From Octopus bimaculoides (lineage: Eukaryota): a DNA stretch of 64,000 nucleotides. The stretch spans positions 79,584,748-79,648,747 of the forward strand of contig NC_068985.1 of the NCBI RefSeq assembly GCF_001194135.2, given 5' to 3'. This document shows positions 21,973-36,164 of the stretch, piece after piece (the stretch's first letter is position 1; each line of letters starts with the position of its first letter). The notes beneath the pieces were generated by a model. The model worked only from the letters and a program-made list of their open reading frames with translations. It did not search any database and had not been told where the DNA came from. The position numbers were made by a program, and so were the translations under genes.

Positions 21973-24426
21973 TTTAACTCCAAGTCATTACTTATTCAGA
22001 AGACTTATTACAAAAACAGACTTCAGCAATGACCATCCTGCCGTTTTAGGGATATCTGGAGCAGCGTTAGCTAATATTTCATATCTTTTTTAAGTAGATA
22101 GTGGCGATAATTTGAAGCGGATTTTGTTGCTATTTCTAGCAAGTTTATTGAGCTACTGGGATTTCTGTTATCAAAATCATTATTGATAGAGGTGAATTTT
22201 CTTTCAAATTGATAATATAAACGGCTTTATAAATAGACATTGAAGATTCCACTGATTGCAGTTTAATTGCTTTTAAATATTTCTAAACTGCAACATCGCT
22301 ATTATTCCACTCCCGTCGCTTTGTGGTGTTCCATACTTCCGTTTTGAAAGAGTTTAAAATGTTTTTATGTACACATCAAATTTACTTTTGCAACGTTTAT
22401 TAACCGGATTTCGAGATTTACAATAGTTTTTCTTTTTGGTTCTTCTGCGTTGTATATGGTTTACATTGATATAGGTATTAACTTCATGATGAAATCATCT
22501 GGCTGCTTTTGATGTAGTTAAATTTAAAGAGTTGAGATACTCGTGTATGTGGTAAGAAATTTACTGTTTTAAATCCGAATAGATTAGTTGCTTATGAATA
22601 GTTAATGCTATGTCCGTTGAAGTGGGTTTTGAAGTTCATTCTTCAGATGTCTTCTACGTTATCTGTAAACGACTTCATAGACAGCGTAATAGTTAGATTC
22701 TTTCTCGATAGGTTTTTCAATAAAATCGCTGTAAAAAATATATACTATACAATATGTACAAAAACGTACTGCTTTCATGAACAGAAATTACGTAAATTAC
22801 TAATTGGAGACATAAAAAATTTTGTATTCATCTTATATTATTTATATAACGCTGCTACGCGTACAACATCAGCAAATCCACGGGACCAGAAACTATTTTA
22901 GTCCTCATCACTTTTTATTTGTACATGTATATAAGAATGGACAAAAAATAATAAGAAACTAAAAGCATAACCAGGAGTTTCTTAACCGTAGTAAGACCTT
23001 ACTTCTCTCCAATGTCATCAATATGTAAATACCATCATTTTTTAAATACATACAACGTTTAGATCAGGCTTTTTTTTTTACCTAGACAGTATCACTACCT
23101 AGATCTAACGCAACAATCGTAAATATATATTTATACAGCTCTGTCTCACCATCCAACTTGCAATTGTTGAAATCCACTTGTCTATCCACTCGAGATTCCG
23201 CCACTAATAGTCATCTATAGAATGTCTACAAAAGTTTTTTGGTAGTTGAAAGGAAATAGATTGGTATTACTGTGAATTTTTCCAAGAGTATCTTCCACCA
23301 TTAACGACACTTGAAAGATTCTTTTAGATCAAAGAGCAAACGAATTTTTCTTCCTCATTCCTATAATCTAGAAACTCAAGAAGAAATGGACTCACATGTC
23401 CTTTAATGACATGGAGCTACCTTCTATTTCATTATTTTACAATATTGTGTTTCAGTCATTAAATCAGCTATTAATGTTTCTCATCAAGAGATCTGGGATA
23501 TATTCTAACTGCCGTTTAAAAAGGGTCTTACACCAGGAAATTTTTCAGGCATCTGAAGATCCCCAGCCAAATCAAATAAATTAGTTGAAACCAGATCCTG
23601 ATTTCCCTTCCCTGTTGCCCGCATAGGACTTGAGTAGGTAGTGTCCCTTACATAATGGTAGTCCAGCAATCTATCTGTGATCCGGTTAGCAAAAGATAGG
23701 ATCACGTGATCTACTTAGAATAACAATGGGATGAATCAACATCTGTTAACATATAAAATTATAAACTTTATAGACTTCATTCAATGCTTTTTTTCTTTCT
23801 TTTGTACACATAAGCGTATACACACACACACACACATATACACACACAGACACCCACACAGACACCCACACCCACCCACCCACACATTTCTGCGTGTATG
23901 TAAGCATCTATATGCATGCATATGTGTATATGAATATATGCGAGTGTTTGCTTGTATATATGGATGCATATGTGTATATATTAATGTACGTGCTGACATA
24001 TAGAAAGCATGATTAAAATGATAAATAAATAAATAAAATTGACAAATGAAGCGGAAATATAAACTGTATATTCCCTTCCACACGTACATCCTTATCACGT
24101 TCGGTCTCAGTATAGAAGAAATAGATTACTTGAATTGCTGGACAGCGATTGGTTAATGTCCTTTCAAATGCTGACGAGCATAATTCTATCAAATTTCATT
24201 CATTTCCAAATAAACCACCCATATCCCTCCCACACACATGCATTTTGATAACTCTATGTACATACCTTCATATCAAGACATCATCCTACACACACACACC
24301 GTTCTTTGAATATTTCTGAAGCCTGAATACTGCCGGCTAGCGACATACGTATTACGATGGAGAATAAACAACTTCAGAATAACGATGAAGATGATGATGA
24401 TGTTCATGAAGAAGAAAAAGAAGATA

Positions 24427-24494
<68 letters not shown>

Positions 24495-25144
24495 ACATCA
24501 TCATAATCTTTGTCATCGTCATCATTATTTCCTATCGTCATTTTGAAAATACTCATTATTATCCCGTCACTCGTGCCGTCGTTAACTTGTAACTTCTGTC
24601 ATCATCATCATCATCATCATCGTTTATATTCATCATTTATCTCCACCGCCTCCGCCGCTACCATCACCACCACCGCCGGCACCAGCATAATCTCTATTTC
24701 ATTTACTCACGTCTTTGATTTTTCTTTTATGTTTCTGAAGAGATGCAACATGACATTCGTTTCTTGTAAACACTGATTCAAAGCTTCATCACTGACTCGG
24801 TCGAGTGTATAAAGAGCCGGTTACAAATTCAAACCCTATCGTTAAAAGCTTTGCTCTTTCTCTAAACAAGATATTAGCTATCTGTGTGTGTGTGTGTGTG
24901 TGTGTGATAGGTCAGTTTGCATATTACCTGTTGTGGTTCCCATGATGATCATCTTATATTTTCTTAACTATTCCGCTAATTACTTTATGTAATTTGTCTT
25001 TACCTCCGTTCATTATATTGTAGAGTAGTGGCTCTGGACAGGTATGCACTGATTTTCAACTTTAAATGTAATCGATTTATTCCCCACCCACTGAGAAAAA
25101 CGAAAATTGCTACCTTTGTGGCAAAATTTGAAACCATTATTACT

Positions 25145-25535
25145 TTGATTATTACGAAATGCTTAGCGGTATTTCGATCTTGTATATGTTCTTAGACCAA
25201 ATTCCGCCGGTGTCGACTTTACCTTACATCCTTTCGGGGTCGATAAAATAAGTACCAATTAAGTACTGGGGTTGCTGTAATTGACTATTTCCTTACTCCG
25301 AAATTGCAGGCCTTGTGCCTCTAGTAGAAACAATTATTATGATTATTTCGAAATGCTTAGCGGTATTTCATCTGCCATTACATTCTGAGATCAAATTCCG
25401 CCAAGGTCGACTTTACCTTTCATCCTTTCGGGGTCGATAAAATGAGTACCAGTTGAAAATTGGGGTTGATGTAATCGATTCATTCCCTTCCCCCAAAACT
25501 TCTGCTCTGGAGGAAATATTTGAAACCATTATTAT
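25145..25535 (+). mobile_element. Two tandem SINE family 1 copies (tail types B and C)
   Basis: gaaatgcttagcggtatttc...aaattccgcc...gtcgactttacctt..atcctttcggggtcgataaaat.agtacca occurs twice, each copy ending in (ATT)n. Confidence 0.85.
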
Positions 25536-25899
25536 TATGATTATTATTTTCCGGTTGATTTGCCTTTTGTTTCATCTTCCGAACGGGTCTCAAAACTTCC
25601 AGTCAACACAATATTTTGAGTCTCATAGATTATTGGTTTCCCAGGGATCTGATAAAAAAATTGTCACTAACATTCTTGATCATTCCCAGGATGCCTACAA
25701 CAAAAGGGATGGTTTTGGTTTTTAATTGCCACGACTAGATATGTTAATCTCAAGGTGCTAATATTTCAACGGTTTCTCAAGTTCTTTGCTGAGATGTTTC
25801 TAACAGTAGGTACTGTCTTATCAATTAACAGGCATGATTTTTGTCTTAGGTTTTCGATGACGATTATTATTATTATTATGATTATTATTATTATTATTA

Positions 25900-26368
25900 T
25901 TGTTCAGTAGTTTTATTTTTATAACGTGCTTTCACTTCACTACCGAGTGCAGCTCTGTGCGCCTTGGGTATGTGCTGTGGTTTGCTGTGATGCTCTTATG
26001 TTTACTGTATTGAAAGTGTTTTGCGTAGAATGTGTGCAGTACCCAGTAGTGCAATTTTCTGTATGTTATATATATTTGTAAGTCCTGGTGTTTTTGTTAT
26101 GTATTTGTCTGAATATTTTTTTATTATACCTAAGGCACCTACTATGATAGGAATTGTTTCTGTTTTTAGATTCCACATTCGAGTTATCTCTATTTCCAGG
26201 TCTTTGTATTTTGAAAGTTTTTCCATTTTTTTTAGAGAAACGTTGTCATCTGCTGGTATTGATACATCAATTAGAAAGCATTTTTTGTCTTCATGATCTT
26301 TGACAACTATATCTGGTCTATTTGCCTTAATTTCTCTATCTGTGTGTATTGGCATATCCCAGAGTATT
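25900..26368 (-). mobile_element. Short, 5'-truncated, ORF-intact R4/Dong copy (RLE domain + 3' UTR) between AAT/ATT tracts
   Basis: ORF 26002-26355 (WD)MPIHTDREIKANRPDIVVKD...LIDVSIP...KYKDLEIE...GALG...LGTAHILRKTLSIQ* has no internal stops. Trinucleotide tracts lie on both sides. Confidence 0.93.
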
Positions 26369-26396
26369 TATTATAATAATAATAATAATAATAATA

Positions 26397-26447
<51 letters not shown>

Positions 26448-26540
26448 AAAAGGCAATGAGCTAGCAGAATCGTTAGCAAACTGAACGAAATGCTTAGGGG
26501 TATTACTCCGGTCGCTCCGTTCAAATTCCGCCGAGGGCAA
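26448..26540 (+). mobile_element. SINE family 1, 5' half
   Basis: ggcaatgagctagcagaatcgttagca...ttcaaattccgccgagg. Confidence 0.7.
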
Positions 26541-26544
26541 CATC

Positions 26545-26935
26545 CCTATGAAATTGTCCATGCATTCTTTTCTTTATCCACCTATTTCAGTTTCATTCAT
26601 TCTCAAGTCCTTGTACAGTGCTTTATCTTTGCAATCTTCCATCCTACCCAAGCATGACCTTCTTACTTCAAATAATAGCGATTTTGTGGCATTTTTTTCA
26701 TACCATGCTAAGTTGAATTCTTTTGCTCTAATGCAGTGTTCGTATCCAATCAGTTCTCTTCCCCTTCTTTTTCTTATTACATACAGTCTGTCTGTGTCAC
26801 TTTTTGGTGGAGTATCCCATATCTAGTCAGTAACTTCATTGTCTTTCTGTCTAAGCTGTTTAGTTCGTCTACTGTCCATCGATAACCCCTGCTCCATATC
26901 TAAGGAGTGAAACCGCCCAGGTTTTGATAGCTTCA
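26545..26935 (-). mobile_element. R4/Dong internal fragment (post-RT region)
   Basis: With frameshift correction, the minus strand reads WAVSLLRYGAGVI..LDRKTMKLLTRYG..KSDTDRLYVIRKRRGRELIGYEHC...RMHGQFHRD. Confidence 0.8.
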
Positions 26936-26998
26936 TTCTTCTTCTTCTACTTCTTCTTTTTTTCTTCTTCTCCTTCCACTTCTTCTTCTTCTCCTTCC

Positions 26999-27029
<31 letters not shown>

Positions 27030-27125
27030 CTTCTTCTTCTTCTTCTTCTTCATCATCATCATCATCATCATCTTCTTCTTCTTCTTCTTCTTCTTCTTCT
27101 TCTTCTTCTTCTTTTTCTTCTTCTT

Positions 27126-27199
<74 letters not shown>

Positions 27200-27200
27200 G
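26935..27200. repeat. Compound (CTT)n/(CAT)n/(ATT)n microsatellite
   Basis: Directly visible. Source of the poly-K and poly-S ORFs. Confidence 0.95.
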
Positions 27201-27599
27201 ACGACAACGACGATTATGTTCTAGTCACAAAGATTGAGAAACCACTGTTGTAGTGTGCGATTTCAGAGCTGCTATTTCTGGGCGGCAAAAGGGTTAAGCA
27301 CATTAAAAACGACACTGGGCTGTGTGTAGGCAGGGGATTGACCATATTAATATCCAAAACAAAAGAGAAAACAAAGAAAAAAGCAGAGCTCTCCACAATC
27401 TTTAGATATATAACGTACCTACTAATAATATACAAAGCCCTTACATCTGCACAATACAATACATAGGTAGCGTATCTGGAGTAAAACAATATATTACCAG
27501 AAGGAATGAAAGGGTTTCGGAAATGAATGTTTGGTTGTGGAGAGTGGCCAATGGTAATCCGAAAACTTACAGAAAAAAAAGAAAGCTTGTTTTGCATGG

Positions 27600-28900
27600 T
27601 TTGAATTAACTATTAACATTCATTTAGTAGCATTTCATACTTATGGATATTGGAAAGCCTCATTTCTATATGAATAAAGCAGCTTCAACTATCAAGAAAT
27701 ATATCAGCCATGCCATGAGAAATCGGACAACCATAATTTAATTAGAAACAAAATGGAAACAAGCAAGACCAGCCTCAAACCTATACGAGTAGGAATCTTC
27801 CACGCGTGTTAAATATCCTCTCTCTAATTCTACATTGGCCATTAAGAAACCTGTTGAACTAAACCAATATAGTATACAGAAGCCGCAGTCAGACAATAAG
27901 CTATCTCCTCTGTAAGGATGACTTGAAGATGTTTAGTAAAGTTAATACCAAACTGGAAATCTTGCTGACAATGGAGCATAAGACACATGAATAAGTATAC
28001 GATTAGATAAATACGCAGAAGCTTCTGTAAAATGTAACCACGCATAAAAATACTTGTAAGTCGAAACCGATGAAATGCAATATGCAGAGATTGAGAAGAA
28101 AACTGAGTATTATAGAAAGAGCAAACATATATTAAAACCTGAACTCAATTCTAGAAATAAGACTGGACAATCCATATATAAACTACAGTTTCGACATAAT
28201 AAAGTGGAAATTCTGTGAATTGAAGAGCTTTTTAATGAAAAACTGGAAATTCACTTCTCCAAAACTGACACAGGTAGATATACATATCTCGTACATAATG
28301 AAGTTGTGGACTGATAGAGGACTGATAGAGATAAAAAAAAAACTACTATAAAATAACAACAGTAGCAGAAGAAAAATATTTAGACTAAACAAAAGGGGAC
28401 TGATAAATATAATAACACAAAATGAAACTTATTTCTATTTATAAAGAAATGGGAAGATACAAACAAAAAACTAGCAACATTGAAGTAACAAATTTAGATA
28501 AGGAAAAAACAACAACTGAAAATTTACGATAACAAAATACAAAATCAAATAGGAATTCCAAAACAGATTCAAAGAAAAAAGTATAAAGTTACTGTGTGAC
28601 CAATAACTCACAAAACTCGATAGAAAGGAATTAAGCTAGAGTGAAAACTGTCAATGGTTCAAAAGCTGCAGGCTAAAAGAAGAAACAGGTTTGATACTAG
28701 TTGCACATTGTCAATACCTAGCTTTGAACAAAAAGAAAATAAATGAATTGATAATATAAGATGCTAGCATTGAATGCAGGCTATGATGTAGTTAGTATAA
28801 GACAAAAACATTGTAGAAAAATGGAGTGGAAGCACCATTCAAATACTAGGGTCTTGAAATTGATATAAACAGGTTATGGGAGGGAAGAATGTGTTAAAAA
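27600..28900 (+). mobile_element. Highly decayed R4/Dong RT-to-zinc-finger fragment
   Basis: Remnants: IRVGIF (GIFQGD-like), TISYLLCKDDLKMFSK (YMDD-like), ILKPELNSRNK, LKEET.LILVA, ECRL. Confidence 0.65.
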
Positions 28901-28929
28901 TTGTTAGCAAAATCAGGCAGTTGTGCCAG

Positions 28930-29470
28930 GCTTCTTACACACAGTCTAAAATGTAGCTGTGTTTCGTACGGCACACATCCTACTCAAGACACTTTCAACA
29001 CAGTAACATATCTCAACATCACACACTTTGAACAAAACAAATTCTCTACATAATAACCTTAATAACAAGACGGTACTATACACAATTACCATATATTCAT
29101 GTTTTACAACACACACTCTTAAAGAACTGATACCTCGCATTAAACACCAAAACTGTACGCAGCTCTAACCCCTTTAATACCACACAGACCAGGTAGAGCT
29201 TTGTATACACATTAACCGTTTGGTACTGGAACACATAACTGCAAATACACAGCACATACAAAAGATCTTAATCACCCATTCAAACAACACAACACACTGT
29301 ATATAATTTACATAAAGTCAGAAACACTAAACATACATCAAAAACAAAAAGTCAAATCACACAATAAAGCAAAACTAATACAGATCTACAGCCTAAAAAC
29401 ACGATGAGAAGCACTTGTTCATGCAGTAAAATATCTCATGAAACTGTCACAAACGACAGCAACAACAACG
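28930..29470 (+). mobile_element. Possible decayed LINE 3' end (I/Jockey-like) with an (AAC)n tail
   Basis: A/C-skewed sequence ending in cagcaacaacaac. Only a weak peptide resemblance. Confidence 0.3.
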
Positions 29471-31064
29471 GTTTATCATTTAAGCCCGAAGGCATCAATT
29501 TTTTTTAAAAAGCAGTATTAACCAAAACCATCGACCCAGTACTTGACTGGTATTTATTTTTTCTGTACCAACCGCAGAGGTGCAAGATCACCCTCACTAC
29601 CAAGAGCTCGAGTCCATCTCCAACATTTGTTCTGTAACATATAGGTGCATGCTGAGAGAAGTTTCATTCATTTTAATCACTTTCGTTACTGTCACACACT
29701 ATTTGAGAAATTCACTGTAGGAGAGAACATTCCTTCTCCCCCTCACTTTCTTTTCCAAGTGGAACTTAGGAATTTTGATGAGTGACCAAAGAGAAAGGTA
29801 TCTGACCTCAATCTTTTCAACTACGCCTACAACACAACTTTTTTCACTATAGCTAAAAGATCCAGACGGAAGAAAAGTGTGTGCGCCGATTTATTGAAAG
29901 TGGGTGATGCGGCAATCTTCATAATGGATTCAACCAATAACCAGATCCATCTTACATGCGACAACAACTGTTTGGCTTAAGACCAATATTGGGCGCCTGA
30001 CATCTGGAATATCGTCAGGTATCTCAGCGCTCTCTGCTGGTCCCTTTAGCAATATAAAAGAACTTGTGATAAATAAGAACGATGACTACCTCGCTAACCT
30101 TCAGGCAAGAAAGAAGACGAACTGGCTTGTGTGTTCCGAAGAACTTTCGGATTAGGGTCCACTATGGATAACTGCTTGGTAATGATACTAAGGAGGAGTA
30201 CGATATGAAATAATTCTATAGGCTCTGAAGTATCACCGGACTGGACTCTTGAAATATGCTCAGAACGACGAAACCAAGATGCATGCACTCACCAGTGCCC
30301 AGGTATTGCTGACGTCTGGAGTTAAATATAGCAGGATGAAATCATGTGATTTTCCAGTTCCGGTGGCCATAGCAGACGATTCTCTTCTGTCAACGATACA
30401 ATTTCGAGTGCTTTTATGCACCATAAGTTTTTATGAGAGATTCTCTCCAGGTAAATAATGCATTATTTTGTGTTCTAACACAACCTTCCTGCTATGTTGG
30501 AGATAAAGATTGCCATTTGGTATTAGTGCTGCTTCTGTCTCTTTGAATTATTAATTATGTTATAAAATATATGGAACCTATTAAAAGAGCCCTACATCAA
30601 TCTTAATCGAACGCAACTGCGTTTCAGTCGTGTCCATTCTGTCTGCTTTCACGTCAAGGACTATATTAGCTAACGTACCCGTCTTGTTTAAGGTGATATT
30701 GTGTGATTTGAGGGAATATTGATTACTTTTTCTCACTGATTATACGAAACTACGGAATCTTTCTTGATACTTCGTTGACATACTTTTCCTAAATGAAAGA
30801 CGGAATGATAACGGACGATAAGGGTACATTTTGTTCTAATTCTGCTGCATTAGGACGACCGGTGGATAAACAACAGCAATAACATTTCTCAACACGATCA
30901 TAATAGACCACTGGACTTACTGGCTTAAAGACACTTTCCAGCGAAAAAGAGAACCCGACTGAGTGGTATAAAACCCATCATCCAGCGAAACGTCAATTTA
31001 CTGATTGGCAAAAAGTCACCATTCACATAAAGGTTATTCGACTGATTGCTATAAAGTCACTCAC

Positions 31065-31230
31065 AAATTGTTGTTGTTGCCTTTTTCTGCCACTCTGTTG
31101 CATTTTCTACAATGTCTTCTCTTCTTCAGATCTGGCTGGCCTCACGCTACTTCTCCTAAGTCACGCTCAAATCACTCACTGCACTCAACTTACCGTTTTT
31201 CAACATCCATGTTCCATTTAACATGAACTG
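31065..31230 (-). mobile_element. Possible RTE-type LINE 3' end
   Basis: The minus strand ends gcagaaaaaggcaacaacaacaa after a purine-rich RTE-like C-terminal stretch. Degenerate. Confidence 0.3.
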
Positions 31231-32049
31231 AAGTCCTTCACAGACTACATCGCTTAGTACTGTCTTCCCAGATTGTCACCCCTCTGGAAATTTCTCCCTG
31301 AGTAAATCTTTTTACAATCGTTGGCTTGCACCAGCTTAAGTAGAACATATATTAACGACACCAGTCGCAGCGGTCTCGGAGAACCTACGAAGGCCGTAGG
31401 CACTGTCCCTTCCTCCAAATCTACCAAATGAATTTAAAAAGGAAACTATTGTGTCTGCAATGACAATGTGTTCAGACAATTTTATATTGTAACATATTAT
31501 ACATGATATATTGACAATGAAGGGACATAAACATCTAAATAGTTATGGAATAAAACTGCTATCTAAAATAGAATGAATGGATTTAGGAAGAAAGCTATGA
31601 ATAATTTGGAATCATTAAATTATACTGAATATATCAGATGCAGGAACGAACGTACAGATAACGGATCTATATAAAACGGTTAAAACTACAATAAAAATCC
31701 GAAGCTCAATATCACATTGAGTCATTTAATCGCAAGACAGTTGCAGATATGCAATTATTAAAGCTAAACTGGACATGTTTCAGAGGTCTGCTAACAATTT
31801 TATAGCAAGTCATGGAATCCTTATAGTTGCGATGCAACGTGATACGCCTTTTATAACCCGAAAATCTGGCGGAGATCGAGGCTAATAAGCGTTGAACAAT
31901 GGAAGATCAGAGGAAGTAAAGAGACGTTATTGATGTTATACTCAATTTCCATTTTTCAGTTAACATCTACTCTGTGCATGAAAAGAAGGATAACAAATAT
32001 TATTTTTAACATTGACACAAGGTAAATGTATCTGGAATTCTGAGATGAA

Positions 32050-32432
32050 TTCTTTTATTCCTTTATTCTTTCACTTGTTCCAGGCAATTGACTGCGGCCA
32101 TGCTGGAGTACTGCCTTAAAAAGTTTTTAGTCAAAGAAATCGACCAGGACTTATTCTTTGTAATCATAGTACTTATTCTATCGGTTTGTTTTGCCTAACT
32201 GCTAGGTTACAGGGAGGTAAACACACCCACATCGGTTGTCAAGCGATGAGAGGGAGGCCAAACACAGACGCACATACAAACATATACATATATANNNNNN
32301 NNNNNNNNNNNNNNNNNNNNNNNNNNNNNNNNNNNNNNNNNNNNNNNNNNNNNNNNNNNNNNNNNNNNNNNNNNNNNNNNNNNNNNNNNNNNNNNNNNNN
32401 NNNNNNNNNNNNNNNNNNNNNNNNNTATGCAT

Positions 32433-32487
<55 letters not shown>

Positions 32488-32651
32488 CATACGACAGTCC
32501 TCTTTCAGTTTCCATCAACGAAATCCACTGACAAGGCTTCAGTCGGCCCGTGGCTATCGTAAAAGACACTTGCCCAAGGTGCCACACAGTGGGACTGAAC
32601 CAGGAACCATGTGGTTGGGAAGCAAGCTTCTTGCCACACAGCCACGCCTGC
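32050..32651 (-). mobile_element. SINE family 4: tRNA head + CORE-like segment + internal microsatellite + 3' module
   Basis: Minus strand gcaggcgtggctgtgtggcaagaagcttgcttcccaaccacatggttcctggttcagtcccactgtgtggcaccttgggcaagtgtc...(TA/CA)n and gap...gctccagcatggccgcagtc...(aataaag) tail. Confidence 0.85.
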
Positions 32652-34564
32652 GACTATGGCTATCTCTATTATATATAGGAGACCTTCATCGATCAACAGC
32701 GATACTGGCTCCGCATATGTATGCGCAGCACTGGACAAAATCTTTTGGTGGTAAACTGATAACTATCCATACAAATAAGTTTACTCCCAGCACACCAGTA
32801 GTGATTATCCAAAGGAAAGACTGCTGACTAGCCCCCCTTGGAACCAACATCTTAGCAAGAGTTGTCGTTAGAATACATACTAATACCGCAAGGCATCCTT
32901 CCCAACTCTGTAACAGTTCCTCTAATTCTCCGCTTTGCTCTATAACTGATATATTAAGACTCCTGTACTCATCTTGGTTGTTATAGTCACAACGTTTCGA
33001 CCTCTGTACCGTTTGGTCGGTAAGTACAATAACTGAAACATATCAGTATATAATAATTTACACAAGTATGTAAACTTCTTGAGGACAGGTACAGCCAGTG
33101 TATTATACTGGACCAAGATATTACTCATACAATATTTACATGATTATCTGTCCCTAATAACGATATGCAATATTGGAACGTAGCGATCAGTCATTCTTCT
33201 GAATAATTCACTTACATTTCCCATATTAGAATAACACGATGAGATTTATGACAAGCCACCGAGAGTGACGCTTCGCGGTTGTACGACTTAGATATAACAA
33301 CCACATCTCCTTCACATTACGTAATAGCGTATTGTTAATAAAAAAAAGGAATGGGTCAAGAATACATTCAATATAATACATTTACCTAAAAATCAGGAAG
33401 ACACAACTGGAGTAATTTTGATGAGTGTTTCTCGTAAAGAAAGATTGGAATGGAGGGCAAAAACAATTGCTGTGCATTGAGAATGTTTTAAAGCCTTTAA
33501 ATAAATAGAAACAATCAATTAAATCAAATATGACGCATTACTGATCCATGTTTTATAGACTGTGGAAAACGGAAGATCATGTCTACCCCAGCAGGATATC
33601 CACTCTTGAGGATAGAAAGAGGAAACAAAAAGCATTTAGTCAAACGTTCTTGTTCGCTTGTAAAATACATTAATTGTTTTGTTACGTCAATATAATATAA
33701 GTTACTGTTGTAACCCAGGTGGCCGACAATAAAGCGGTATTTATTGCTGGCTCTCTCTCTCTCTCTTTCTGCCTTTCTTCGGCTGTCAGTCTGTCTCTGT
33801 CTCTGTCTGTCTCTCTCACATACATAAATACACACACACAAGCACACAAACAAGGACACATATCTACGGACGTTTGTTTCCACGTGTACACACATACACA
33901 CGCACACTCACACACACACACACACACACAGACATATAATAAATGAGTATATGCATATGTACGTACATGTATGTACATACCTACATCTACATGTATATAT
34001 AGATGCATATCTGGGTACAGGACATTGCAAAAGAACGTGGACAAAATGATAGAGTACAGAAAACACACAGGCCACACACACACACACGCTCACACACACA
34101 CNNNNNNNNNNNNNNNNNNNNNNNNNNNNNNNNNNNNNNNNNNNNNNNNNNNNNNNNNNNNNNNNNNNNNNNNNNNNNNNNNNNNNNNNNNNNNNNNNNN
34201 NNNNNNNNNNNNNNNNNNNNNNNNNNNNNNNNNNNNNNNNNNNNNNNNNNNNNNNNNNNNNNNNNNNNNNNNNNNNNNNNNNNNNNNNNNNNNNNNNNNN
34301 NNNNNNNNNNNNNNNNNNNNNNNNNNNNNNNNNNNNNNNNNNNNNNNNNNNNNNNNNNNNNNNNNNNNNNNNNNNNNNNNNNNNNNNNNNNNNNNNNNNN
34401 NNNNNNNNNNNNNNNNNNNNNNNNNNNNNNNNNNNNNNNNNNNNNNNNNNNNNNNNNNNNNNNNNNNNNNNNNNNNNNNNTATACATCTACACATGTGTA
34501 TACATATACATGTATGCATATAGATCTATATCTATATATATATATATATATATATATGGATATA

Positions 34565-34813
34565 CGTGTACATATACATGTATATGTATACATATACATC
34601 TCTTTCTCTCTCTTTCTCTCTTTCTCTCTTTCTGAAAGTATCAGTCATTACAGTATAGAAATGTGATTGTTTCAGTTAGTGGAATAACGTGTACATATAC
34701 ATCTATATGTATACATATACATCTATCACTCTCTCTCTTTGTCTCTTTCTCGCTCTCTCTGAAAGTATCTGTCATTACAGTATCGAAATGTGATTGTTTC
34801 AGTTAGTAGAATA
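34565..34813. repeat. Local tandem duplication, about 125 bp x2
   Basis: ctgaaagtatc.gtcattacagtat.gaaatgtgattgtttcagttagt.gaata appears twice, each time preceded by a (TA)/(CT) tract. Confidence 0.85.
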
Positions 34814-34899
34814 GTTTCATTTTTAAAGTGAAAGTATTTGACATGAGTGTTTTTGTTTCACTTTTGACACGTAATACTTGAATAGTGGAGGAGATATCA

Positions 34900-35032
34900 T
34901 GTTGCCGTGGGCTCGAACTCAGCAAGAAGTTAAAAATTTTTTTGACTAAAACACAACTGGAACCCTAAGGCATCTGTAAAATTTGAATGAAATTGGTTGC
35001 GTAGTTCTCAAGTTTTAGGGATTCACACAGAT

Positions 35033-35089
<57 letters not shown>

Positions 35090-35111
35090 TTCTCATTTTT
35101 ATATATATAGA
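34900..35111 (-). mobile_element. Probable non-autonomous Helitron-like element (5' end)
   Basis: The minus strand starts tctatatatataaaaatgagaatgtctgtctgtctg (TC start, internal (GTCT)n), the usual architecture of invertebrate non-autonomous Helitrons. Confidence 0.5.
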
Positions 35112-35770
35112 TACAAGGTGCGGTGAATAAATTGTCGTCTAAGTTACACTTACATCTCATTTTAAGAGATATATTTACCAAAATTACATAAAAATATCTT
35201 CAAATACTAAAGAGAAAATTCATTCAATAAAATCGCCATTGACTTCAACAACGGCCTCCAGACAACTTCGGAACCTCCTGCAACTCTTCTGGATGGTCTC
35301 CTTGTTTATATTGATGAATGCTGCCATAATCCTTGTCTTCAGTTCATCTTTGGTGTTACAAGGAGTTTTGTTGGTGTCTCACTCAACTGCGCCCCACATA
35401 TAATATTCAAGGGGGTTGCAGTCTGGAGAGTTAGATGACCAGTTGTTAGGGGTCGCAGAAATTGTCTGACAGCCATGATTGGGTTCTCCTACTTGTGTGG
35501 TATAGTGCAGAGTCCTGTTGCCAGACATAGAGTCTTCCAGCAGCCACCCTCGTCACTCCTCCCCCAGGAACTTGATGAAGGCCTTCTTGTTGAGTGTGAG
35601 GCCGTTGTGAAGATGAATGGAGGCATAATGTCGCTATCACTAGTGATCATTCCAAACACCATGATGTTGACTGGGTATTTGATTTTTATCGATACATGTT
35701 TAACCGGTACATATTTTGGGGACACGGCAAGCCAACGGTTGTTCTGTGTGTTCACTATCTAATCCTGGCA
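35112..35770 (-). mobile_element. Tc1/mariner DD37D (maT-type) transposon, 3' half
   Basis: NTQNNRWLA...IMVFGMITSD...VWQQDSA.YHTSRRTQSWLS...NSPDCNPLEYYMWGA. About 37 residues separate the second and third acidic positions after frameshift correction. TIR end tacaaggtgcggtgaataaattg. Confidence 0.85.
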
Positions 35771-35952
35771 AAGAATTGCGAACGAAGAGAGTTGCAGCAA
35801 AATTTGTGCCTCGCTTGCTCACAGAAGCTGAAAAGAAGTCACGACTGAATGCGTGCTGTGAACTGAAAAAGCAGTTGTAAGTTGATTCGAACCGTTTTGA
35901 TCCGGATCTTTTTTCGAAGGTCATCACTGGTGACGAAAGCTGGTGCTACGGA
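35770..35952 (+). mobile_element. Mariner transposase internal fragment
   Basis: KRVAAKFVPRLLTEAEKKSRLNACCELKKQL...DPDLFSKVITGDESWCYG. Confidence 0.85.
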
Positions 35953-36164
35953 ATTTGCAGGTGTGGAAGAGGAGAGGGAAAAACGACGGTGTCAAAAGGT
36001 ATCACTTCGCAAGAGTTCTAGCATTGACAAGTCTGACTCTGGTTTCACTATTGCCTCCACTAATAAACTGTGAAAGACAGCTTCTGGCTATCATCACCGC
36101 TGTAACTACCGCAAACACTTCCACCAACATTTCCGCCATCATCACTACCACTACCAATAACAAT

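Noticed and set aside
29560-30460. Unique, moderately GC-rich, coding-like region
   Set aside because: The frames examined are interrupted and show no identifiable motif. A translated search is needed.
32985-33025. gaggtcgaaacgtt hammerhead-like half
   Set aside because: The CUGANGA box is absent.
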